NCBI GenBank assembly: GCA_963734535.1
Contig: CAVTHS010000001.1
Location: forward strand, 1-51,024
Length of the DNA stretch: 51,024 nt
From: an uncultured Chloroflexia bacterium
Lineage (GTDB): Bacteria; Chloroflexota; Limnocylindria; Limnocylindrales; CSP1-4
Direction of reading: 5' to 3'
Shown: positions 9,675-20,725 of the stretch, piece after piece
How positions within the stretch are numbered: position 1 is the first letter of the stretch
Layout: each line of letters begins with the position of its first letter
The notes under the pieces: model-generated
The model's input: only the letters and a program-made list of their open reading frames with translations
Database searches by the model: none
Told to the model about the DNA's origin: nothing
Translations under genes and position numbers: made by a program

Positions 9675-10160
9675 TCACTGGACCTGGATCACCGTCTTCG
9701 CGTCCGCCCAGAGCTTCTCGAGGGCGTAGTACTCGCGCTCCGGCGGCGCGAACACGTGGACGATCACGGCGCCGGCGTCGATCAGGACCCAGTGTGACGC
9801 AGGCTCTCCCTCGCGACCGACGATCGGGAGCCCGGCGTGCTTCAACCCCGCGATGACGGCATCGGCGATCGCGTCGAGCTGGCGCTCGGAGCCACCCGAG
9901 CAGATCACGAGGTAGTCCGCAACCGTCGTGAACGGCGCGATCTCCAGGAGGACGATGTCGGCGGCCTTCTTGTCCTCGGCGAGCTCGACGACGAGGCGGG
10001 CCACGTCGAGCGGCGGGCTGTCGCTCGCCGGGGGAGGCGATGTCCGTGCCGGGAGTCCCGCGCGGCGCTCCCCGCGGGCGGCCGGCCGTGCCGGCGGGTC
10101 GACCTCGGTAGCTGCAGCGGGATCGGGCGTGGCCCGGGGATCCTGGGGTTCGGTCGCCAT
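9675..10160 (-). CDS. rsfS: Ribosome silencing factor RsfS (Iojap)
   Basis: EDKKAADIVLL...ADYLVICSG.SERQLDAIAD...WVLIDAG.VIVHVF.P.EREYY.LEKLW. Confidence 0.95.
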   Translation of the reverse strand: MATEPQDPRATPDPAAATEVDPPARPAARGERRAGLPARTSPPPASDSPPLDVARLVVELAEDKKAADIVLLEIAPFTTVADYLVICSGGSERQLDAIADAVIAGLKHAGLPIVGREGEPASHWVLIDAGAVIVHVFAPPEREYYALEKLWADAKTVIQVQ

Positions 10161-10168
10161 GGGCTCCT

Positions 10169-10831
10169 CTAGGATGTCGACGCGGGGTGCGCCGGGCTCG
10201 GTTCGTAGAGAGCGTACTCCCGGATTGCCGCCCCGACCGTATCGGGGACGAGGTAGCGGATCGACCGGCCGGCCCCGACGCGAGCCCGGATGAGGGTGCT
10301 GGAGATCGCGAGGCGCGGGCCTGGAAGGAAGACCGCCCGATCGCCCTGCCCCGGGAAGTGGGCGGCGAATCGAACCGCGGCGGCGGCGAGGTCCTCGGCG
10401 TCCTCGGCGCGCGGAACCACGGCGAGACGAGCCAGCGCGAGGACGCGACCAGGGTCGCGCCACGTGTGCAGACCGGCCAGCGCCTCCGCCGAGAGGATGA
10501 ACCAGAGGTCGGGCTCCCGCCCGGCCGCGAGCTCGGCGTCCGCGATCGCTGCGAGCGTCTCGGCCGTGTAGGTCGGCCCGCTCCGGTCGATCTCGACGCG
10601 GCTCGCGGAGAACCCGGGATTGTCGGCGATGGCCCGTTCCACGAGCGCGTACCGGATCGCGCCGGGCGTCACGCCGGTGCCGACCTTCTGCCACGGATCG
10701 CCCGCGGGCACGAACAGGACTCGGGCCAGGTCGAGCGTCTCGCGGACCTCCTCGGCCAGGGCCAGGTGCCCGAGGTGCACCGGGTCGAACGTTCCCCCGA
10801 GGATCCCGAGGCGTCCCGAGGGCGCACTCAC
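10169..10831 (-). CDS. nadD: Nicotinate-nucleotide adenylyltransferase
   Basis: GILGGTFDPVHLGHL, EIDRSGPTYT, ISSTLIR, IRYLVP. Confidence 0.95.
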   Translation of the reverse strand: MSAPSGRLGILGGTFDPVHLGHLALAEEVRETLDLARVLFVPAGDPWQKVGTGVTPGAIRYALVERAIADNPGFSASRVEIDRSGPTYTAETLAAIADAELAAGREPDLWFILSAEALAGLHTWRDPGRVLALARLAVVPRAEDAEDLAAAAVRFAAHFPGQGDRAVFLPGPRLAISSTLIRARVGAGRSIRYLVPDTVGAAIREYALYEPSPAHPASTS

Positions 10832-12126
10832 TCGGCGCCCGGCTCCCAGGCGTCCGGCCCCCATTCGAACTCGATCGCGCCGATCCGCACGAGGTCGCCG
10901 GGCTGGATTCCGGCCTTCCGGAGCGCACCGTCGATTCCCAGGCGGGCCAGCGCCCGCTGGAAGCGCTCCGCGGACTCCTCGATGTCGAAGTTCGTCTGGG
11001 CGGCGATCCGCTCGATCCGCTTGCCGCGGACGCGGTGCGTGGCACCCTCGAGCTCCATCGTGAACCCGTCGCCGGCGGCGTCGAGGCGATGAACGACGAC
11101 GCCAAACGGCTCGGGCAGGTCCCCCGTGTCGTCGGCGTCGGGAAGAAGGTCGCCGATGACGGCTCGCAGACGATCGAGCCCATCGCCGGAATCGGCGCTC
11201 GCGGCGAGCACGTTCAGACCATCCGCGCGACGAGCCGCCTCGAATGCCGGCCACGCCTCGCGGGCCGCCTCGAGGTCCATCTTGTTGAAGACCACCACCA
11301 GCGGCTTCTCGAGGAGCCGCGGGTCGTGGAGCCGGAGCTCCTCGCGGATCACGTCGTGATCCCAGGCGGGGTCGCGGGCGGCGCCGTCCACGACGTGGAC
11401 AAGGACCCGGGTCCGCTCCACGTGGCGCAGGAAGGCGTGGCCGAGGCCGGCGCCCGAGGACGCGCCCTCGATCAGGCCCGGCACGTCCGCGACGGTCGGC
11501 CGCCGGTCTGCCGCGTCACCGAGATCCATCACGCCAAGGTTCGGCTCGAGGGTCGTGAAGGGATACGGCGCGATCTTCGGCCGGGCCGCCGTGAGCGCGC
11601 CGAGGAGGGTGGACTTCCCGGCGTTCGGCAGCCCGACGAGGCCCACCTCGGCGATCAGCCGGAGCTCGAGGCGCAGCCAATGCTCCTCGCCGGGCTCGCC
11701 CTTGAGGGCGTGCTGGGGTGCGCGATGGGTGGGCGACGCGAAGTGGACGTTGCCCAGGCCGCCCCGGCCGCCGCGCGCGATGACGACCTCCTGCCCGGTC
11801 GCCACGAGATCCGCCATGAGCGCCCCGCTCGCGTCGTCGAGGACGCCGGTGCCCGGCGGGACCGTGATCACGAGATCGTCGCCCGACTTCCCATGCCGCT
11901 TCGCGCCGAGGCCACGCCCGCCCGTCTCCGCCCGAAAGTGATGCGTGAAGCGGAAGTCGCGCAGGGTGGTGAGACCGGGGTCCACGCGGAGCACGATGGA
12001 GCCGCCGCGGCCGCCGTCACCCCCATCCGGGCCGCCCTTCGGCACGTGCGCCTCGCGACGAAACGTGGCGGCACCGTCGCCGCCGTCGCCGGCGCGAACC
12101 CAGATGGTTACGCGGTCGAGGAACAT
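10828..12126 (-). CDS. obgE: GTPase ObgE/CgtA
   Basis: MFLDRV...FRREAHVPKGGPDGGDGG; GLVGLPNAGKST; YPFTT; DVPG; NKMD; C-terminal OCT domain. Confidence 0.97.
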   Translation of the reverse strand: MFLDRVTIWVRAGDGGDGAATFRREAHVPKGGPDGGDGGRGGSIVLRVDPGLTTLRDFRFTHHFRAETGGRGLGAKRHGKSGDDLVITVPPGTGVLDDASGALMADLVATGQEVVIARGGRGGLGNVHFASPTHRAPQHALKGEPGEEHWLRLELRLIAEVGLVGLPNAGKSTLLGALTAARPKIAPYPFTTLEPNLGVMDLGDAADRRPTVADVPGLIEGASSGAGLGHAFLRHVERTRVLVHVVDGAARDPAWDHDVIREELRLHDPRLLEKPLVVVFNKMDLEAAREAWPAFEAARRADGLNVLAASADSGDGLDRLRAVIGDLLPDADDTGDLPEPFGVVVHRLDAAGDGFTMELEGATHRVRGKRIERIAAQTNFDIEESAERFQRALARLGIDGALRKAGIQPGDLVRIGAIEFEWGPDAWEPGAE

Positions 12127-12172
12127 CGCGCCCGATTGTCGCACGCGCCCCGGCCGAGGCCGGCGGCGGGCG

Positions 12173-13600
12173 TCAGAAGTAGGCCAGCGGGTTGACGCGG
12201 ACGCCGCCATCCCAGATCGGGCCGATCCAGACCTCGAAGTGACAGTGCGGACCGGTCGCGGCGCCCGTGGCGCCGACGCGGCCGATGAAGCCGCCGCGGC
12301 CGACGGACGCCCCGGCAGAGACCGCCAGCGAGGACATGTGGTTGTAGGTCGTGTAGATCCCGCCGCCGTGCGAGATCCAGACCTGGTAGCCACCGCCGTT
12401 GTTCCGCCAGCCAGCGAACGTGACCACGCCGTTGGCGGCAGCGTGGATGGGAGAGCCATAGTCGGCCGCGATGTCAACCGCCTGGTGCCCGTAGCTGAAG
12501 TACTGGCTGATGAAGCCGCCCGGGACGGGCCAGGCGAAACGACCGCCGCTGTAGTCGTTGAGCGGGCGAACCGTCGAACCCGTGCCGCCGGACGAGGCGC
12601 GGGACGTCGATCGGCTGACCGAGGCAACGCTCGTGGGGGCCGTGGGCTTCGGCGTCGGGATCGCCGCGCCGCGCGCGCCCGGCAGGATCAGCACCTGGCC
12701 GATCACGAGCGTGCTGTCGGTAAGCTGGTTCGTGGTGACGATGTCCTGCGGATCGAGGTTGTGGGCCGCAGCCACCGAGGCGAGCGTGTCCGAGGCGCCG
12801 ACAGTGACCACGATGCCGTTGACCGGCGGGATCACGAGCTGCTGGCCGATCTTGAGCTCGTCCTTCGCGTGGAGCTTGTTCGCCCACCAGATCGTCATCA
12901 TCGAGACGCCGGTCTTGCTCGCGATCCCGGTCAGCGTGTCGCCCGAGCGGACGGTGTAGGTGCGCAGCTGGTCGCGGCCGTCCGCGACCGTGGTGTCGAC
13001 GACGACCGGCTTGAGGAGCGTGCCGTCCTCGAGGAACTGGCCGGCGACGTCCACGGCCGGCGTGCCGCGCGCCGCGACGTTCGCGGCGGACTCGTCCATC
13101 CCGACGCCATTGACGGCGCCGGTGCCGGCGACCGTTCCCGCTCCGTCATTCGGGCCGATCGGCGTATCGATGGAGGGATCGATCGCTCCCGCCTGGCCGT
13201 CATTCGGGCCGCCCGCGCCGCCGAGGACGAGGCGAGGCCCGCTGCCGGCCGAGCTGGTCGCGCCCGTGGCGGCACCGACCATGCCCGGGGCCGCGGTCAG
13301 CGAGGCGACGAGGAGGAAGACGGCGACGAGCACCGGGACCACGCGCTCGGGGGAGTCGAGGTGCAGCCAGCGCCCGAGCCGGAATGCCGAGCGAGTTGCG
13401 TGCAGGCGGTCGCGCGAGGATGTCGCGGCAGCGGATCCGGCGCGCGCCGAGGGGCGCGCAGCAGCGCGGAGCGCCGTGTCGGCGCGACGGGCGAGTCCAA
13501 GGCCGGGACGGCGGGGGGCCTGGACCCGGGTTTCCGGGTCGGTCGTGTCGCGGCGCAACCGCGCGAACGCGCGGCGCACTGCGACCGTCGCCTTCAGCAA
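12173..13600 (-). CDS. Membrane-anchored LysM(x2) + M23 peptidase
   Basis: YTVRSGDTL..IA, V.ASDTL..VA, HQAVDIA, YNHM, GPHCHFEV, VNPL; TTG start after GGAG (ATG 13612 is an alternative). Confidence 0.92.
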   Translation of the reverse strand: MLKATVAVRRAFARLRRDTTDPETRVQAPRRPGLGLARRADTALRAAARPSARAGSAAATSSRDRLHATRSAFRLGRWLHLDSPERVVPVLVAVFLLVASLTAAPGMVGAATGATSSAGSGPRLVLGGAGGPNDGQAGAIDPSIDTPIGPNDGAGTVAGTGAVNGVGMDESAANVAARGTPAVDVAGQFLEDGTLLKPVVVDTTVADGRDQLRTYTVRSGDTLTGIASKTGVSMMTIWWANKLHAKDELKIGQQLVIPPVNGIVVTVGASDTLASVAAAHNLDPQDIVTTNQLTDSTLVIGQVLILPGARGAAIPTPKPTAPTSVASVSRSTSRASSGGTGSTVRPLNDYSGGRFAWPVPGGFISQYFSYGHQAVDIAADYGSPIHAAANGVVTFAGWRNNGGGYQVWISHGGGIYTTYNHMSSLAVSAGASVGRGGFIGRVGATGAATGPHCHFEVWIGPIWDGGVRVNPLAYF

Positions 13601-13761
13601 TACGGTCTCCATGATCGACGGGCCGCAGCACCGGGGGCTCGGGCCGGGTGGCCCGGGCGGCGCTGCTGTCCGTTTGTCGCGGTACCGGGGAGCTGGGGCT
13701 CTCCGTGGTGCGCGGCTGAACCCGGTTCCCCCGCAGGCCGGGAATGGACCTTTCGGGCGGA

Positions 13762-13790
13762 ACCCTACCAGACGTGGCATGCCGATGCAA
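13762..13790 (-). promoter_or_regulatory. sigma70-like promoter of the LysM/M23 gene
   Basis: TTGCAT-17-TAGGGT on the minus strand. Confidence 0.55.
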
Positions 13791-13861
13791 TGTGACGGCC
13801 TCTGGCGTGCGGGGCACGACCGCGTCGCGTGCCGCGCGCGCCACGGTCGTCGCAGTCGCCG

Positions 13862-15244
13862 CTAGGCGCTTGCCTCGGCGCTCCGCTGGAGGGTCGCGAG
13901 GAACTGGGCGTTCGTCTCCGTCTTGGCCAGGCGGTTGAGCAGCAGCTCGATTCCTTCGTTCGTGCCCACCGCGGACAGCATCCGGCGCATCGTCCAGACC
14001 ATCTTGAGCGTGGGCTCCTCGAGGAGGAGCTCTTCCCGCCGGGTCCCCGACCGCTGGACGTCGATGGCGGGGAAGATCCGCTTCTCGGCGAGCTTCCGGT
14101 CCAGGATCAGCTCCGAGTTGCCGGTTCCCTTGAACTCCTCGTAGATCACGTCGTCCATTCGCGAGCCGGTGTCGACCAGGCACGTGCCGATGATCGTGAG
14201 CGAGCCGCCTTCCTCGATCTTCCGGGCTGCCCCGAAGAAGCGCTTGGGCGGGTACAGGGCAATCGGATCGATGCCGCCGGACAGCGTCCGCCCGGACGGC
14301 GGCAGGGCCAGGTTGTAGGCACGCGCGAGGCGCGTGATGGAGTCGAGCAGGATGACGACGTCCCTGCCCGTCTCGACCTGGCGCTTCGCAATCTCGAGCG
14401 CCATCTCCGCGACGTGGGTGTGGTTCTCCGTCGGCTCGTCGAAGGTCGAGGAGATGACCTCGCCCTTGACGGAGCGGCGCATGTCGGTGACCTCCTCCGG
14501 CCGCTCGCCGATGAGCGCCACCATGAGCAGGACCTCGGGATAGTTCTCGCTGATCCCGTTGGCGATGTTCTTGAGCAGCATCGTCTTGCCGGCCTTCGGC
14601 GGGCTGACGATCAGGGCGCGCTGGCCCTTGCCGATGGGATTGACCAGGTTCACGAGGCGCTGCGAGAGGTTCTTCGGGTCCGACTCGAGGTTGAGCAGGT
14701 CGATCGGGTGGATCGGCGTGAGGTCGCCGAAGTGCGGGCGCCGGCGGGCGGTGTCCGGGTCGACGCCGTTCACCGTGTCGACGCGGAGCAGGCCCCAGTA
14801 CTTCTCGCCCTCGCGCGGCGCGCGCACCGTGCCGTTGACGCGGTCGCCGATTCGCAGTCCGAAGCGGCGGACCTGGCTGCTGCTGACGTACACGTCCTCG
14901 GGCCCGGGCATGAGCCCGTGGCGGCGGAGGAAGCCGTAGCCCTCGTCCACGACGTCGAGGATGCCGGTCCCGTAGTCCTGCCCGAGCCGCTCGGACTGGC
15001 GCTGGAGGATCCGGTCGACGAGCACATCGCGGCGGTCTGCGGCGACCGTCTCGACATCGAGCTCAGCGGCGGTGGCGCGGAGCTCGGCCGGGCTCATCTC
15101 CTGGAGCTCGGCCGCGCCGATCTCCGGGCCGTCGGCAGTGCCGTTCAGCTCGTCGTAATCCGGCATGCCGGCCGGGCGCTGGCCCTGGGGGCGCCGGCGG
15201 GGACGGCGATTCCGGATACGCGGATCGGGAACATTGGAGGGCAT
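13862..15244 (-). CDS. rho: Transcription termination factor Rho
   Basis: [64 protein letters not shown]. Confidence 0.98.
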   Translation of the reverse strand: MPSNVPDPRIRNRRPRRRPQGQRPAGMPDYDELNGTADGPEIGAAELQEMSPAELRATAAELDVETVAADRRDVLVDRILQRQSERLGQDYGTGILDVVDEGYGFLRRHGLMPGPEDVYVSSSQVRRFGLRIGDRVNGTVRAPREGEKYWGLLRVDTVNGVDPDTARRRPHFGDLTPIHPIDLLNLESDPKNLSQRLVNLVNPIGKGQRALIVSPPKAGKTMLLKNIANGISENYPEVLLMVALIGERPEEVTDMRRSVKGEVISSTFDEPTENHTHVAEMALEIAKRQVETGRDVVILLDSITRLARAYNLALPPSGRTLSGGIDPIALYPPKRFFGAARKIEEGGSLTIIGTCLVDTGSRMDDVIYEEFKGTGNSELILDRKLAEKRIFPAIDVQRSGTRREELLLEEPTLKMVWTMRRMLSAVGTNEGIELLLNRLAKTETNAQFLATLQRSAEASA

Positions 15245-15347
15245 GGGAGCGAGGCCACCTGAAGCGTGCGGCCGCGGTCCGCGGCCCGGGAACTGCGCAC
15301 CGGCGCGGAATCAAGCCGCGGCGGACGGTGCGTTGTGGGACCGTCCG

Positions 15348-15377
15348 AGCATACCCGCCGGGGAGCGTCCCCGTCAA
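15348..15377 (-). promoter_or_regulatory. rho promoter
   Basis: TTGACG-18-TATGCT, about 100 nt upstream of the start. Confidence 0.65.
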
Positions 15378-15454
15378 TGGCGATCGAACCGGGTATCGAA
15401 TCGGGGCGGGGCGCCTCAGTCCTTCGTGCGGACGCCTCACCCTTGGCGGCTGCC

Positions 15455-16117
15455 TCAGCCCTTGGCGGCTGCCTCCTCGCGTGCCTTGGCCCAATCCGCC
15501 TTGAACTGGACGATGCCGCTGTCGGTGAGCGGGTGGTGGACCATCTGGCGGAGGACCTTGAACGGGAGCGTGGCGACGTGGGCACCGGCGAGCGCCGCGT
15601 CGGTGACGTGGCGCGGGTGCCGGACGGAGGCGGCGAGCACCTCGCTGTCGAACTCGTGCAGGTTGATGATGTCGGCGAGCTCACGGATGACCGTCATCCC
15701 CTCCTCGTTGATGTCGTCGAGGCGCCCGACGAACGGCGAGAGGAGGCTGGCCCCGGCCTTGGCGGCGAGGAGGCCCTGGTTGGCCGAGAAGATCAGCGTG
15801 CAGTTCGTCTTGATCCCCTCCTCGGCGAAGCGGCTGATCGCCTCGAGGCCGTTCTCGCTCATCGCGACCTTGACCACGATGTTCGGGGCGAGCTTGGCGA
15901 AGTGGCGGCCCTCGGTCAGCATCCCTTCCACGTCGTCGGCGATGACCTCGGCGCTCACGGGCCCGGGGGTCAGCTTGCAGATCTCGCGGAGGACGTCGTC
16001 ATAGGAGCCGCCGACGCGGGCGTAGAGGCTGGGATTCGTCGTGACGCCGTCGATCACGCCCCAGCGGACGGCGGTCCGGATCTCATCGATGTCGGCGGTG
16101 TCGAGGAAGAGCTTCAT
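15455..16117 (-). CDS. tal: Transaldolase / fructose-6-phosphate aldolase family
   Basis: MKLFLDTA, GVTTNPSL, IVVKV, SPFVGRLDD, AASVRHP, HPLTD.G. Confidence 0.93.
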   Translation of the reverse strand: MKLFLDTADIDEIRTAVRWGVIDGVTTNPSLYARVGGSYDDVLREICKLTPGPVSAEVIADDVEGMLTEGRHFAKLAPNIVVKVAMSENGLEAISRFAEEGIKTNCTLIFSANQGLLAAKAGASLLSPFVGRLDDINEEGMTVIRELADIINLHEFDSEVLAASVRHPRHVTDAALAGAHVATLPFKVLRQMVHHPLTDSGIVQFKADWAKAREEAAAKG

Positions 16118-16233
16118 GGGTGGCCTCCAGGCGAGGGTCGGGGTTCCGTGAATTCTACGGTCTGGCCCGGGGGCCGACGGCGTGGACGGTCATGCGGCGC
16201 GACCGGCCGTGCGGCGCGACCGGTCGCGATGGC

Positions 16234-17979
<1,746 letters not shown>

Positions 17980-18164
17980 CTACCGGAAAGCGGCTGATGG
18001 CGCCAGAAGCATGCCGTTGGCGACGGATTGCACCTCGGATTCGGACTGCGCCCGACGATCCTCGCTTGGATCCGTCGGGCCGCCAGACCATCGTCGAGCC
18101 CGTGGCCGGGTCGTCGACGAGCGCATCATCGACGAATCACCGTCCGGGACGAAGGAGCGGCCAC

Positions 18165-18752
18165 ATGGAGTTCGGCGACGTGGTCATGAAGCGGCGGGCG
18201 GTCCGCCGCTTCGAGGAGGGAGGCGTCGAGCCCGGCGTGATCGAGCAGATCGCGCGGCTGGCCCAGCGGACGCCGTCGGCCGGATTCAGCCAGGGGCAGC
18301 GGCTCGTCGTCGTCACGGACCGGGACCTGCGCCGGGCCGTTGCCCGGGTCGCCGGTGAGGAGGAGTACGCCGAGTTCGGGCCGTGGATCTCGGAGTGCGC
18401 CGCCCAGTTCGTGCCCTGCGTCTCCGCGGAGATCTATCACCGGCGCTACCGCGAGGCCGACAAGATCGCGGACGACGGCTCCGAGATCGACTGGCCGGTC
18501 CCCTACTGGTTCGTGGACATCGGGGCGACGACGATGGTCATCATGCTGGCCGCGGTCGACGCCGGCCTGGCGTCGGGGTTCGCTGGCGCCTTCGACCCGG
18601 GCGCCATCCGGGCGCTCCTGGGCATCCCCGACGAGTTCGTCCCGATCGGGGTGATGCCCGTGGGCCGCCCGCTGCCGGACGTGCGCTCGCCCTCGCTCAA
18701 GCGCGGCTGGGTCCCGTTCGAGGAGTTTGCCCGGTTCGACCGCTGGGGCTGA
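18165..18752 (+). CDS. Nitroreductase family protein
   Basis: RRAVRRF, TPSAGFSQ, DIGA....MLAAVDAGL, GRP; AAGGAG RBS. Confidence 0.9.
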   Translation: MEFGDVVMKRRAVRRFEEGGVEPGVIEQIARLAQRTPSAGFSQGQRLVVVTDRDLRRAVARVAGEEEYAEFGPWISECAAQFVPCVSAEIYHRRYREADKIADDGSEIDWPVPYWFVDIGATTMVIMLAAVDAGLASGFAGAFDPGAIRALLGIPDEFVPIGVMPVGRPLPDVRSPSLKRGWVPFEEFARFDRWG

Positions 18753-18777
18753 TCGCCGCGCGGGCCCGAAATGGCGA

Positions 18778-18806
18778 CGGCCCCGCCGGCGGTTGCCGGC
18801 GGGCCG
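18778..18806. terminator. GC hairpin between convergent genes
   Basis: CGGCCCCGCCGGC-GGTT-GCCGGCGGGCCG; no U-tract. Confidence 0.5.
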
Positions 18807-18830
18807 AGTTCGGACGCGGCGGCGGGTTGG

Positions 18831-18986
18831 CTAGACGCCCTCCTGCTCGAGCTCGAGGGTCTCCTCGTCGCTCTCCTCGGTCAGCTTCAACCAGATGAAG
18901 AGGCCGGCGAGGACCACGAGCGGTATGACGACGAGCGCCGCCAGCGTGACCCCCAGGGCAGTCGCCACGATCTTGAGAGCCTTCAT
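18831..18986 (-). CDS. 51 aa single-TM protein with acidic tail (not in ORF track)
   Basis: MKALKIVATALGVTLAALVVIPLVVLAGLFIWLKLTEESDEETLELEQEGV*; AAGGAGGT RBS. Confidence 0.75.
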   Translation of the reverse strand: MKALKIVATALGVTLAALVVIPLVVLAGLFIWLKLTEESDEETLELEQEGV

Positions 18987-19021
18987 CGGCCGCTACCTCC
19001 TTCGCTGGGACGCTGGGTCCG

Positions 19022-19516
19022 CTAGGCCCTGCGGGCCTGGGGTGCCTGCGCGATCATCGCTTCGATGTCGTCCTTCGTGAACTCGGCGAGCATGTGGTGG
19101 CCGCCGGTGGGTCCCGCGTGGTGAAGGCGGACGACGAACGCGCCTTCCTGCTCGAAGAAGAAGGTGTCGCGCGGTTTCTGCTCGTCGATCCACCGCCCGA
19201 GCACCCGGAACAACTTCTCATAGTAGCCCGCATTCGTCCAGTCGGGAACGGCCGTGTCAGCGTTGCGCCGCGCGACGGCCTCCTCCATGAAGCGCGCGAT
19301 GTCGTCATCGAGAAAGGTGAGGGTCTCCTTCACCTGGTGTCCTGGAGTCTCGGACCATGTGCCACTGTCGCCTTCGACGGCGAGGCCCTGGAGGATGAAG
19401 CCGTCGGGCGCCTCCACGAGCAGGACGTCGTGCATCCCGCGCTGGTCGAGGAACGCGCCGATGGAGCGCAGCACTTCCTCGTAGTCCTGGCGCGGGCTCC
19501 CCTCGTAGATCCGCAT
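19022..19516 (-). CDS. Hypothetical protein with internal tandem duplication
   Basis: Protein-like composition, GAGGAG RBS, two similar halves. Confidence 0.8.
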   Translation of the reverse strand: MRIYEGSPRQDYEEVLRSIGAFLDQRGMHDVLLVEAPDGFILQGLAVEGDSGTWSETPGHQVKETLTFLDDDIARFMEEAVARRNADTAVPDWTNAGYYEKLFRVLGRWIDEQKPRDTFFFEQEGAFVVRLHHAGPTGGHHMLAEFTKDDIEAMIAQAPQARRA

Positions 19517-19643
19517 CGTCTCTCCTCGTGACCGCGTGCGCGTCGCGCGGTTCGGTGTCCGGCTTCAGCTCCTCGGGGCCCAGTCGATCAGGCCGCGCTG
19601 ACGTGCGATGCGCTGGAACGCGCCAATGACGCCCCGGCTCACG

Positions 19644-19672
19644 AGTGTAAGCACGCTGGACGGGGCGCACAA
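19644..19672 (-). promoter_or_regulatory. sigma70-like promoter with ~120 nt structured leader
   Basis: TTGTGC-17-TACACT; downstream hairpin at 19574-19636. Confidence 0.55.
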
Positions 19673-19779
19673 GGCGAATGGGACATCCAGTGCCGGCACC
19701 CCCGCCGACGCCCCGGCGCTGGCGTGACGAGAAGGCCCGCCGCAGATGGCGCGCGCGGCGACGGTCGACTCGAGGCGCG

Positions 19780-20682
19780 TCACTTCGCGGGCTGGATCGA
19801 GATCCCGCCATTGGTCGTTCGTGCCGATATCGAGGCGGCGGGCGCGTTCCCGACGCGTCCCGCCAGCCGGGTCTCGGCCGCCGTCTCGGTGGTCGTGACC
19901 GGGTACCCCACGCGGACCTTCGCGTTGGACGTCTCGAGGTCCAGGCTGAAGGTGACATCGGCGCCGAGCTCGAGCGAGATCGCGGCGTTGGACGTCTCGA
20001 ACGAATGCGGACCGGCGGCCAGTGAGCCGCTGAACGCAATCTCGCCGTTCGACGTGGTCGCCTTGACCGCCGCATCGGCCGCATCGATCCTGATCTTGCC
20101 GTTGGACGACGTCAGCGCCAGCGGGCCGCGCGAGGCGGTCACCGTGATCGCGCCGTTCGAGGTCTCCGCGTCGACCCCGGCCGCTGCCCCGTCGATCGTC
20201 GTCTCGCCGTTCGAGGTCCGGATCCGGATGGCGCCGGTGATACCAGCGACGCTCACCTTTCCGTTCGAGGTCATGAGCTCGAGGGCGGAGCCGGCCGGAA
20301 CGGTCACCGTTGCCGACGCACCGCGGTTTCGGGGGTTGGTTGGATCCGGCTGGTAGACGGCGCGAAGAACGACCGCGTCGGCGACCTCCTGGAGCGTCGT
20401 GACGACCCGCGCGCGATCGGCCTCGGCATCCGATCGCGTGGCGCCCGCGCCGGTCACCGTGACGCTGGCGCCCACGCGGCCGTCCGGTCCGGGCTGGACG
20501 CTGACCCCGCCATTGAACAGCTCGACGCGGACCAGGTGGGTGGAGTACCCGACCAGCGAGAGATCGCGGGTCTCACGTGCCGTCAATTCCCCGATGACGC
20601 CGGAGCACCCGGCCATGAAGACGGCCCCGACCAGCACAACGATGGCGGATGCCACATGCAGGCAACGGGATGGCGTTGGCAC
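19780..20682 (-). CDS. DUF4097-like beta-strand repeat lipoprotein
   Basis: Hydrophobic stretch + MAGC lipobox; repeated TSNG/SSNG/TSNA. Confidence 0.85.
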   Translation of the reverse strand: MPTPSRCLHVASAIVVLVGAVFMAGCSGVIGELTARETRDLSLVGYSTHLVRVELFNGGVSVQPGPDGRVGASVTVTGAGATRSDAEADRARVVTTLQEVADAVVLRAVYQPDPTNPRNRGASATVTVPAGSALELMTSNGKVSVAGITGAIRIRTSNGETTIDGAAAGVDAETSNGAITVTASRGPLALTSSNGKIRIDAADAAVKATTSNGEIAFSGSLAAGPHSFETSNAAISLELGADVTFSLDLETSNAKVRVGYPVTTTETAAETRLAGRVGNAPAASISARTTNGGISIQPAK

Positions 20683-20725
20683 GGCGTGCTTCTCCGGGTC
20701 GGGACGCGAGTGTCCTGGTTGAGGG

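Noticed and set aside
13601-13760. Confident call of a canonical c-di-AMP riboswitch
   Set aside because: Key conserved segment missing; kept only as a candidate finding
19565-19783. 72-aa ORF
   Set aside because: No RBS or motif; better explained as promoter plus leader of the downstream gene
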